The notes beneath the pieces are model-generated. The model did not search any database and had not been told where the DNA came from. It worked only from the letters and a program-made list of their open reading frames with translations. Below are positions 56,123 to 64,000 of a stretch of DNA of 64,000 bases, piece by piece; position 1 is the first letter of the stretch; each line of letters starts with the position of its first letter. The stretch is taken from the IMG/VR virus record IMGVR_UViG_3300020469_003050, positions 278,608 through 342,607 of that record. One strand, 5' to 3'. The position numbers and the translations under genes are program-made.

Positions 56123-57736
56123 ATGCAACCTTTATTGGATATTTTTTATCTAACATATAAGAATGATTTTTCACAAGATAACTTTGACAGACTAAAAGAG
56201 AAGTCAGGGTACCCTCAACGTGTGGTCAATGTAGCAGACATTGATGGCATCTATAATGCACATAAAGAATGTGCAAGACAATCAAAAACAGAACACTTTT
56301 TTGTAGTAGACGGTGATGCTTGGATTACCGATGATTTTGATTTTTCTTATATACCTAGTACAACTGATGAAGTATATCCAGAAACATGTTCTGCACAATG
56401 TACACATGTTTGGAGAGCAATTAACCCTGCTACAGGAAAAACATATGGGTACGGTGGCGTGAAGTTATTTGCTAGAGAGGCATTCTTTGATAAAGCATGG
56501 GGGTATGAACAGTTTCCAGGTGTAGATGTAACATCGGAAGTTGCAAGACGAGGCTTTCCATATTTACCAATAGAAGAAATATCCAATGAAACACGTTTCA
56601 ATACAACTGCCTTTAATGCTTGGAAAGGTGCATTTAGAGAAAGCACTAAACTTGCAAGTGGTATTGCTACACAAGATAGAAGACAGAAATTATCAGAGTG
56701 GAAGAACCCATTAGAAGATGTAGGTTTTCGTGCAGAAATCTTATCAGGTTCTATCATGGGAGAAAACTACGGTACTGTAAATGTAGGTAAAGGTGATAAG
56801 TTACACAGAATTAATAATTGGAAATGGTTGAACACTTGGTTCAAACAAAGAAAGAATTGGAAACCACAGCCTATAGTTGAATTCGATACAACATACCCTG
56901 ATGGTAGATATATGCTAAATGGTATTCAACGATATGCTGAATGGGTAAATCATCCAGATGCAGATGATATAGATTTGATGCGACTTGCAGTTATGGATTC
57001 TAATAAAGACCATCAACAAAATATTTATAATGCAGTTGAAAAACTTATATGGGATAAGAAATATAAGTCAGAAAATTTACAAATGTTTTTACAATATCTT
57101 TATAGTGGATCGAAGAACAGATTCAATCCAGAAAGATGTGTACATTTCATGTTTGAATACTTTGGAAGTGAACAAGATCCTTATTTTGGTATGTTGATGG
57201 GTGCAGTAAAAGAAGCACCAGATTGTAACTACATTGATGCTCATTCTAATTATCAAGTAGAAAGTAAAATATGGTTAATAGAAAATTTAATAAAACTAGA
57301 CACTAGATTTAAAGATGCAGTATTTGTAGGTGGTTGGTTAGGTATATCAAGTTTTTGGTCAGTTAAGAAAAACGTAATGCATAAAGTAACTAATATAGAT
57401 GTTGATGAACAAGCAATAAAATTTAGTAAAGCATTGAACAAGTATAATGATACATACACAGGTTTAGTAGCAGATGCAAATAGTTATGATTATGATAAGC
57501 ATGATTTAGTTATTAATACAAGTGCAGAGCATATGACAGAAGAATGGTTTAATAAAATTAAGCCAGGTACTACAGTAGCAATACAAACAAACGATTTTCA
57601 TGAAATAGACGAACACATAAACACAGTTAAGGACTTGACAGAGTTAGAGAAAAAGTATACTATGTCTAAAGTACTATTCTTAGGAACTAAGGATTGCGAT
57701 AGGTATAATAGATTTATGTTAATAGGTATAAAATAA
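56123..57736 (+). CDS. Glycosyltransferase-like / methyltransferase-like fusion
   Basis: GIYNAHKECA...FFVVDGD and YGYGGVKL; C-terminal VGGWLG, IDVD, INTSAEHM. Confidence 0.65.
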   Translation: MQPLLDIFYLTYKNDFSQDNFDRLKEKSGYPQRVVNVADIDGIYNAHKECARQSKTEHFFVVDGDAWITDDFDFSYIPSTTDEVYPETCSAQCTHVWRAINPATGKTYGYGGVKLFAREAFFDKAWGYEQFPGVDVTSEVARRGFPYLPIEEISNETRFNTTAFNAWKGAFRESTKLASGIATQDRRQKLSEWKNPLEDVGFRAEILSGSIMGENYGTVNVGKGDKLHRINNWKWLNTWFKQRKNWKPQPIVEFDTTYPDGRYMLNGIQRYAEWVNHPDADDIDLMRLAVMDSNKDHQQNIYNAVEKLIWDKKYKSENLQMFLQYLYSGSKNRFNPERCVHFMFEYFGSEQDPYFGMLMGAVKEAPDCNYIDAHSNYQVESKIWLIENLIKLDTRFKDAVFVGGWLGISSFWSVKKNVMHKVTNIDVDEQAIKFSKALNKYNDTYTGLVADANSYDYDKHDLVINTSAEHMTEEWFNKIKPGTTVAIQTNDFHEIDEHINTVKDLTELEKKYTMSKVLFLGTKDCDRYNRFMLIGIK

Positions 57737-58632
57737 TGAAAGCGATTTACATAATTGCGTATCACGGACATCGTGCTAATACAGAGACAAGGCAGAAAAG
57801 AAGTGATAATCATAATAAACAAATAGATTGGTGGTTAAATTATGATAAAGAAATTGAAATTAGAATACTCGCTATGGACTTTGATGAAGTTGAGTATTGG
57901 GATAACGATAGGGTTCATTATATTGACAGGCTTGATGTTCCTACTCCTCCTGCAAGTGCAAGAAATATATTATTCAATCACTTCTATGACACCGGAGATG
58001 AGTGGGCTATTTTTGCAGATAGCGATGCAATTCTTAATCTTCACCCTAATTTCCCTCACACTCATATCAACATTTGTGATATCTTTCGTAAAAGTCCGGG
58101 AAAGTTTAAAGACATTACGTTATTCGCACCGCACAACGACCAAAGACCGGGTGATGGGGCGTTTTATGACAAGTTTAATGGAGTAGATAACGATTACAAA
58201 GATGTAGACTGGAATACAGAGTTTGTATTCGATAGAAAACTTACTCATATGAAAGGTACACTTTTCTTTCTTAGAAACAATAAAGAAAGATTAATGATGG
58301 ACGAATACTTCAATGTTCATCCATGGGGTACGAAACCTATACTAGGTGGTGAAGACGATGAATTTATTATGTCATGTGTGATGGCAAATAAAGGAACATA
58401 TATGTTACGTAACATTATGTTAAAAGAAATGACTGCTGGATCAACTTGGAGCGATACAGAAACACGCAAAGACGATGAAAAGATGCGTGATGATTATATT
58501 GCAAAGAAGTATAATTTACCAAGTGACAAAGCCAAATGGACGCAGATAATCAAAAAAGAAAGAACTGGTTATCCAAAGCAGTTGCGTATTAACCCTAACC
58601 AAGCAGATGCCTTTGGTAGTCTGTTTGATTAA
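57736..58632 (+). CDS. GT-A glycosyltransferase-like protein
   Basis: ASARN, IFADSD (DxD), GGEDDEF. Confidence 0.65.
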   Translation: MKAIYIIAYHGHRANTETRQKRSDNHNKQIDWWLNYDKEIEIRILAMDFDEVEYWDNDRVHYIDRLDVPTPPASARNILFNHFYDTGDEWAIFADSDAILNLHPNFPHTHINICDIFRKSPGKFKDITLFAPHNDQRPGDGAFYDKFNGVDNDYKDVDWNTEFVFDRKLTHMKGTLFFLRNNKERLMMDEYFNVHPWGTKPILGGEDDEFIMSCVMANKGTYMLRNIMLKEMTAGSTWSDTETRKDDEKMRDDYIAKKYNLPSDKAKWTQIIKKERTGYPKQLRINPNQADAFGSLFD

Positions 58633-58643
58633 TGAGATAGATT

Positions 58644-59126
58644 GTGAAAATTGTAAAAGATAAAATCAATGATTATTTTAGATGGGTCAAAGGAACAGAA
58701 TTAGTAGAGTTAGATGATATAGATGTATCCGAAGATCCAGTTAGGCCTGAGTTAACTTTGGGCTGGCGAATTACAAATGGGCGTAAAATTTACGGATTAC
58801 AATACGAGAATAATATTGAAGCAATTATTTGTATTGCATATACGAATGACGTTCCAACAAGTGTAAGAGAATTAGATATGATGAGTGAACTTGCATATTT
58901 AAAAAAAGATGAAAAAGTTGCTATTGCATATACAGTATGGTCAAGAAAAAGAGGTGCTGGTAAAGAGATAGTTAACAAAATGATTTCTTATGCTAAAGAT
59001 AGAGGAATCAATAGAGTGGTTACATTATCTCCTCTCACACCAATGGCTACACACTTTCATATCAGTAATGGTGCAAAGCAAATTGGTATCAACGACAATA
59101 CTCAGAATTTCGAATACACTACATAA
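58644..59126 (+). CDS. GNAT-like protein
   Basis: YTVWSRKRGAGK, VTLSP.T.MA.HFH..NGA. Confidence 0.55.
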   Translation: MKIVKDKINDYFRWVKGTELVELDDIDVSEDPVRPELTLGWRITNGRKIYGLQYENNIEAIICIAYTNDVPTSVRELDMMSELAYLKKDEKVAIAYTVWSRKRGAGKEIVNKMISYAKDRGINRVVTLSPLTPMATHFHISNGAKQIGINDNTQNFEYTT

Positions 59127-59156
59127 ACTTGACAGATTCACGAATCGTGTTATAGT
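59126..59156 (+). promoter_or_regulatory. Sigma70-type promoter with two GANTC sites
   Basis: TTGACA(59129)-GATTCACGAATCGTGT-TATAGT. Confidence 0.8.
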
Positions 59157-59238
59157 ATATACATACTGCGAAGAAAAATCACAATAATCTACGCACTTAA
59201 TCCTAAGAATATCCGATAAATATTGATGAGAGAGAAAT

Positions 59239-59670
59239 ATGTACTATTCTATAAAAGGCGGGAAAAAGTCAGAGAAAGAATTGGTAATAAAGGCCTTATG
59301 GTTTGCCAAGGATTATCTTCTACCTCGACACAAGCATATAGAAGTAGATATCGAACTCAAAAAGAATATCAAATGTGATGCTGATGTAGTTAGCGGTGAC
59401 GAATATCGTGAATATATCATGCGAATTAGACGAGGTCTTAAAGAAGACGATATTCTAACTAGTGTTTTCCACGAATTTGTTCATATTAAGCAAGATGTAC
59501 GAAAAGAACACCCATTATTTGAGTGTTCAGATACTCCATATTTAGAACGTGCATGGGAAGTGGAAGCATTTGACTTACAAGAAACTATGCTCACTGCTTA
59601 TCGTAAGGAAGAAAAGCAGGTCGCGGCTAAAAAATCCAAGAAATTAAAAGCAAAAAACTTGACAAAATAG
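59239..59670 (+). CDS. HEXXH zinc-metallopeptidase-like protein
   Basis: FHEFVHIKQ...PY..RAWEVEA. Confidence 0.75.
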   Translation: MYYSIKGGKKSEKELVIKALWFAKDYLLPRHKHIEVDIELKKNIKCDADVVSGDEYREYIMRIRRGLKEDDILTSVFHEFVHIKQDVRKEHPLFECSDTPYLERAWEVEAFDLQETMLTAYRKEEKQVAAKKSKKLKAKNLTK

Positions 59671-59710
59671 CATTTAGTGTTATTATATATACATAATCAG
59701 GAGAAAATGT

Positions 59711-60850
59711 ATGCAAAATATCACAAGTTTAGCAAGTCTATATAAGAGAGATACAAAAGGCAAATTAAGAATTTGGACTGTAGAATACGGTTTTGATTCT
59801 GATGATGTTGCTGGTACTAGAACTATTGCCGGATTAATTGATGGCCAGAAAGTCACTAGCGAATGGAATTTATCTATTGCTAAAAATGTTGGTAAAGCAA
59901 ACGGAACAACTGCTAAGACCCAAGCTATCTCAGAAGCACAATCTAGTTGGGACCAAAAAGCAGATAAAGAATATTTTGAAAACATAGATGATGTTGATAG
60001 TTACGAACTATTCAAACCTATGTTAGCTAATGATTTTACAAAGAAGCCAGTTACTAGCGGTTACACACAACCGAAACTAGATGGTATCAGATGTTTAGTT
60101 AATAAACATGGTATGAATTCAAGAAGTGGTAAGCCTATTAATAGTTGTCCTCATATTGCAGAGGCATTAGAAAACTTTGTTAAAGATTATCCTAATATTA
60201 CACTTGACGGTGAACTATACAATCACGAACTTAAATCAGATTTTCAAAAGATTGTTTCACTTGTTAGAAAAGTAAAGTGTAGACCAGAAGAAATAGCCGA
60301 GAGTGCAGAATTAGTTGAGTATCACATTTATGATATGTTTGATGCCGATAATCCTGATATGCCTTTCATTGATAGAATGTATTTCTTAGTAAAGCATTTA
60401 CCAGTAGAAGGTAATTACCTTGACGGTCTTGGTAAGATTGTTATTGTTGAAACTGCTAAAACTGATACTACTGCCGATATCGATAAGATGTATGGTGAGT
60501 ACACAGAAGCAGGTTATGAAGGTCAAATGGTAAGACAAAATTCTGCTTACGAATGTAAGAGAAGTAAAAATCTTTTAAAGAGAAAAGAATTCATTACAGA
60601 AGAATTTAAAGTAGTAAGTGTTGAAGAAGGAAATGGTAACTGGTCAGGTTATGCAAAAAGATTTAATCTTCAACTTTCTAATGGTACTCAGTTTAGTTCA
60701 GGTATCAGAGGTTCACAAGCAAAACTAAAAGAACTTCTAAATGCTGAAACTCCTAATTGGGCTACTTGTAGATACTTTGAATTATCAAATGATGGTATTC
60801 CAAGATTTCCAGTTGTTATCGATTATGGATATGGCGAACGTGACGATTAA
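59711..60850 (+). CDS. ATP-dependent DNA ligase
   Basis: PMLA, PKLDGIR, LDGELY, YDM, EGQMVR, LLKRK, PRFP; promoter TTGACA(59659)-16-TATTAT. Confidence 0.93.
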   Translation: MQNITSLASLYKRDTKGKLRIWTVEYGFDSDDVAGTRTIAGLIDGQKVTSEWNLSIAKNVGKANGTTAKTQAISEAQSSWDQKADKEYFENIDDVDSYELFKPMLANDFTKKPVTSGYTQPKLDGIRCLVNKHGMNSRSGKPINSCPHIAEALENFVKDYPNITLDGELYNHELKSDFQKIVSLVRKVKCRPEEIAESAELVEYHIYDMFDADNPDMPFIDRMYFLVKHLPVEGNYLDGLGKIVIVETAKTDTTADIDKMYGEYTEAGYEGQMVRQNSAYECKRSKNLLKRKEFITEEFKVVSVEEGNGNWSGYAKRFNLQLSNGTQFSSGIRGSQAKLKELLNAETPNWATCRYFELSNDGIPRFPVVIDYGYGERDD

Positions 60851-61703
60851 CATAGAATTAACATCTACTGGTCTTAAATCATATATCGACACAAAGTACT
60901 TTGACGATAGTGAAAAGGTAATGGTGGATCATATGAGAAATGATGATTCACTGTCTGACTCATTTAGTATAAACCAACTTGGATATACATTAGACAGATT
61001 TTTAAATTTTGGTTATACTAAAAACTCTTACGGTTTCAGAGATTACAAAAACAGAGAATATGAATTAGAAAATTCTGAAAATGAAATATGGTGTTTTGGT
61101 TGTAGTTGGACTGAAGGTATGGGTGTACCTGCTGAATATTCTTGGCCTGCTCGTATTGAACAAGAAACAGGAATTACTGTAAAGAATTTTGGTGTAGGTG
61201 GTGGGGGTCCTTTTACTGCACACAGAATAATGAAAGCATGGTTAGAGAATGCGACATATAAACCTAGTAAAATATATATGTTAGGTTGGTGGCCTGGTAG
61301 ATTTGAATACAGATTTAACGACAAATACATTTTGATTCATGCTAGACTTTTAGCTGATGGACATGAACTTTCTAAAATTCATGGAGTAGGTAAAAAAGAT
61401 TATAGACAAATACAAGATGAGTTTTTATCACTCAATAACTATAATGAAATTAATAATAACATAAAAGAATTATGTAATTATCATAATGTAGAAACAAAAC
61501 GATTATCCAATATCATAGATAAAAACTTTTCAGATGATTGGGATAGTAAAATGCTTATGGCCTTAAAGATAAAACAATCTGATTTTAAAGATTTATCACA
61601 CCTAAAAGATTGGGGCAGGGACGTAAATAACATTAGTAATCCTACGTGTCACCCTGGAATAAAATACCAAGATATTATCGCAAAAACGTTCTTAAAAACT
61701 TGA
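60831..61703 (+). CDS. SGNH-hydrolase-like phage protein
   Basis: NSYGFR, FGCSWTEGMGV, NFGVGG, HPG; start uncertain. Confidence 0.6.
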   Translation: MANVTINIELTSTGLKSYIDTKYFDDSEKVMVDHMRNDDSLSDSFSINQLGYTLDRFLNFGYTKNSYGFRDYKNREYELENSENEIWCFGCSWTEGMGVPAEYSWPARIEQETGITVKNFGVGGGGPFTAHRIMKAWLENATYKPSKIYMLGWWPGRFEYRFNDKYILIHARLLADGHELSKIHGVGKKDYRQIQDEFLSLNNYNEINNNIKELCNYHNVETKRLSNIIDKNFSDDWDSKMLMALKIKQSDFKDLSHLKDWGRDVNNISNPTCHPGIKYQDIIAKTFLKT

Positions 61704-61727
61704 CAAATCCCCGAATCGTGTTATATT
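61697..61727 (+). promoter_or_regulatory. Sigma70-type promoter with CGAATC
   Basis: TTGACA(61700)-16-TATATT; GAATC at 61713. Confidence 0.8.
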
Positions 61728-61752
61728 AAATACATAATCAAGAGAGAGAAAA

Positions 61753-61914
61753 ATGATAGAACAATACGAAAACGAAATCAAAAAGTTAGAAAAATATCTA
61801 ACTACTTTTGCTGGTAACACTTCATCAGTAAAAATGAAAAAGTATGCGATTGAAAAAAAGATCCAAACATACAAAGATATTGTTAACGAAATGAAGTTAA
61901 TACTTGCTATATAA
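61753..61914 (+). CDS. Small hypothetical protein (53 aa)
   Basis: Between two promoters, GAGAGAG RBS. Confidence 0.55.
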   Translation: MIEQYENEIKKLEKYLTTFAGNTSSVKMKKYAIEKKIQTYKDIVNEMKLILAI

Positions 61915-61945
61915 AACTTGACAATATCACGAATCGTGCTATATT
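61915..61945 (+). promoter_or_regulatory. Sigma70-type promoter with CGAATC
   Basis: TTGACA(61918)-16-TATATT; GAATC at 61931. Confidence 0.8.
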
Positions 61946-61976
61946 AATTAAGTAATCAGAGAGAAAGAGAATCACT

Positions 61977-62300
61977 ATGACAAACGAAACAATCTATTCA
62001 AATCTTAACGAAAATCGTATGGTATTCGATTGTGAATCCAAAAAAGCAATGAGTATCCCTGATGGTGAATATGAATTGCGAACTGATATGGCTGACTATC
62101 GTTTGAATACTGATGATTTCTTTATGATGCAATGGGCATCAGGTCATAAAATTAAAGTTGTTAACGGTGAATGGGATGTTCCTTCTGTTCTTAAGGCTTC
62201 ACAACATCTTATGGATGCTTGTGGGTATTGGGGCGTTTATGTTGAACAACTTGAATATAACTACGAAGGCGACTTTGTTGAGTTGACAGTAGGTTCATAA
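61977..62300 (+). CDS. Hypothetical early protein
   Basis: ORF track. Confidence 0.6.
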   Translation: MTNETIYSNLNENRMVFDCESKKAMSIPDGEYELRTDMADYRLNTDDFFMMQWASGHKIKVVNGEWDVPSVLKASQHLMDACGYWGVYVEQLEYNYEGDFVELTVGS

Positions 62301-62302
62301 TA

Positions 62303-62581
62303 ATGTATACTGTATTTCATAGCAATCAAAAGATTGAAAATCTTAAAGCAGAGATTGATATGAATATGTGTCCAAATATAATCGAAGCAGGTGGGTCACC
62401 TCAATACTGCTTTGGAGATTTAGAATCGATTGGTTATGCAGTTAGAGAAAAAGAAAGTGCCGGTGGTATGTGTATGAATATACGTTGGAAGTATACCGGA
62501 CCAAACTGTATCAATACACGTTTCTATGGTGTAATGAAAACAGGTGATGCAACAGAATGGATTGAGAAGGATTACTCATGA
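62303..62581 (+). CDS. Hypothetical early protein
   Basis: ORF track. Confidence 0.6.
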   Translation: MYTVFHSNQKIENLKAEIDMNMCPNIIEAGGSPQYCFGDLESIGYAVREKESAGGMCMNIRWKYTGPNCINTRFYGVMKTGDATEWIEKDYS

Positions 62582-62748
62582 TTGAATTATTGAACGACAT
62601 TGAAAGTTTAGAGAACGCACTTATTCTTATTAAAGAAGGTGCGAGTGATGAAAAACGTAGTGGCTATGCAATCATTGAACGAATGATTGAAGATAAGAAA
62701 ATGATAGTTGCTCAATTTGAAAATGACATGGCTCCTAAATATGCGTAA
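62578..62748 (+). CDS. Small hypothetical protein (56 aa)
   Basis: AAGGA RBS, ATGA overlap. Confidence 0.55.
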   Translation: MIELLNDIESLENALILIKEGASDEKRSGYAIIERMIEDKKMIVAQFENDMAPKYA

Positions 62749-63028
62749 ACGATTTTCATTTGATGATTTACATTTCACTGAAGGACTAGGTGGCATTATG
62801 CGTACACGTATAAAGTTTGGACCTAAGTATTCATTGAGTATTATCAAAGAGCCACAGAAATCTTTGTATGAGATTGGTGCATTAATTAATGGCGAACTGA
62901 ATGAACTACCAGGCATTACTGATGAAGGTAATTCTATTCGACAAGGTTTGTCTCCAGACGATATCAATTTTCTAATTATGAAAATGCATACAATTTCAAC
63001 TGAACAACCACAGGAGGAAAATGTTTAA
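62741..63028 (+). CDS. Hypothetical phage protein
   Basis: YSLSII...LYEIG; start moved to ATG 62741. Confidence 0.6.
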   Translation: MRKRFSFDDLHFTEGLGGIMRTRIKFGPKYSLSIIKEPQKSLYEIGALINGELNELPGITDEGNSIRQGLSPDDINFLIMKMHTISTEQPQEENV

Positions 63029-63033
63029 GTTTA

Positions 63034-63118
63034 GCCTCCTTGGTGGAATAGGTAGACACAAGAGACTTAAAATCTCTCGCCTCAAGGCGTCCCGGTTCAA
63101 GTCCGGGAGGAGGCACCA
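63034..63118 (+). tRNA. tRNA-Leu(TAA)
   Basis: Cloverleaf with long variable arm, AGAGA-CT-TAA-AA-TCTCT, encoded CCA. Confidence 0.96.
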
Positions 63119-63122
63119 ATAT

Positions 63123-63198
<76 letters not shown>

Positions 63199-63206
63199 TC
63201 TTAAAT

Positions 63207-63476
63207 GTGAAAGGAAACATTATGGAATGCACATACACATATGAATTTACAGTAGATGAATTTGGTCGACCCGGCGGCATGTATAGTTTGGCTGATTTGC
63301 CTATCGTTGCTATCAAAGAACTAACTCGTACTGGAACTATTATTACACAAGATAGTGTAAATAAACTTTACGAAATCAAAGACAATGGACGTGACCCAGG
63401 AGGTTTTACAGTGGTCGTTCCAATGAAAGATGTAGTTCTTAATGAAGAGGATTTTCATAATCCTACACCATCTTAA
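63207..63476 (+). CDS. Hypothetical protein
   Basis: ORF track between tRNAs; true start may be slightly downstream. Confidence 0.55.
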   Translation: MKGNIMECTYTYEFTVDEFGRPGGMYSLADLPIVAIKELTRTGTIITQDSVNKLYEIKDNGRDPGGFTVVVPMKDVVLNEEDFHNPTPS

Positions 63477-63490
63477 ATATCACAATAATT

Positions 63491-63567
63491 GCTTTCGTAG
63501 TTCAACTGGATAGAACAGCCGACTTCTAATCGGCAGGTTGAGGGTTCGAGTCCTTCCGAAAGCGCCA
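63491..63567 (+). tRNA. tRNA-Arg(TCT)
   Basis: GCCGA-CT-TCT-AA-TCGGC, GGTTCGA, CCA. Confidence 0.96.
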
Positions 63568-63585
63568 AATACAAGAAAGAAGAAA

Positions 63586-63738
63586 ATGGGAAAACATATT
63601 AAAACAAAGCTAGATTATGAAATGATTGCAGAACTGGCTAAGGAAGTTTATAGATTAGATCCTGAAAATTCTGTGCTGAAAAAGTATCTTGCAATGGAAA
63701 ACTTTGAAGGATCTGAATTAAGAAAGGTTATTAAATGA
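63586..63738 (+). CDS. Small hypothetical protein
   Basis: ATG downstream of tRNA-Arg. Confidence 0.5.
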   Translation: MGKHIKTKLDYEMIAELAKEVYRLDPENSVLKKYLAMENFEGSELRKVIK

Positions 63739-63887
63739 GTCAAAATTATTGTACAACAAAAGGATTGCTACCAGCATTTTTGATACTTTTATTTTTTATA
63801 GTAGGTGTACCAGTGTTGTTAGTAGACAATGCCAAGTATTGTAAACAAAGCATTGTACCTTGTTATCCATGGACGGTGCCAGAATGA
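63735..63887 (+). CDS. Small membrane protein (50 aa)
   Basis: MSQNYCTTKGLLPAFLILFIFIVGVPVLL...; ATGA overlap. Confidence 0.5.
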   Translation: MSQNYCTTKGLLPAFLILLFFIVGVPVLLVDNAKYCKQSIVPCYPWTVPE

Positions 63888-64000
63888 ATGATGAAGTAAA
63901 AGCCGCCGCACAAGAAGAAGCTGAACGTACATTCGAAGCATTTATGTTGTGGACAAAACGTACATGTCTTGCATTTGGTTTATTTGGTGCAGTAGTTGTT
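63884..64000 (+). CDS. Small membrane protein, truncated by window end
   Basis: MNDEVKAAAQEEAERTFEAFMLWTKRTCLAFGLFGAVV. Confidence 0.45.
   Translation, partial: MNDEVKAAAQEEAERTFEAFMLWTKRTCLAFGLFGAVVV

Overview
AT-rich (roughly 30-33% GC by eye), gene-dense segment read mostly on the + strand. It looks like the accessory/host-takeover region of a large T4-like or jumbo bacteriophage, not a cellular chromosome. Evidence: isolated single copies of host-type genes interleaved with small ORFans, a GH19 endolysin, an ATP-dependent ligase, putative head-internal proteins, T4-late-like (G/T)ATAAATA boxes and strong sigma70 promoters. The host is probably a marine alphaproteobacterium, given the circularly permuted two-piece tmRNA with an ANDN...AA tag, a ROSE-type thermometer and GANTC-containing promoters. 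Translation/proteostasis genes: end of peptide deformylase, tmRNA, ClpX, IF3, bS21, Hsp20, ClpS, GroES, a Gre factor, an ATE/Bpt-like transferase and 3 tRNAs. Nucleotide metabolism: PyrD, PyrE-like, GuaC, Gpt, MazG, HIT, MtnN. Fe-S/redox: FdxA, Fpr, SufE, Grx, radical SAM. Also present are a TctC/TctA transporter plus sulfation-like cluster, PutA, AcpS, glycan-modifying enzymes, UvsE and several candidate structured ncRNAs. The most promising new observations are: (i) a coupled CPF-motif/ATE-like/barrel/amidinotransferase module that may be an arginine-centred modification pathway; (ii) early promoters carrying CGAATC (a CcrM/GcrA-type site) at a fixed spacer position; (iii) a small anti-Shine-Dalgarno RNA complementary to the putA and guaC ribosome-binding sites; (iv) a possible phage-encoded N-degron/ssrA proteolysis toolkit. 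All functional calls come from motif recognition by eye; no database searches were run.
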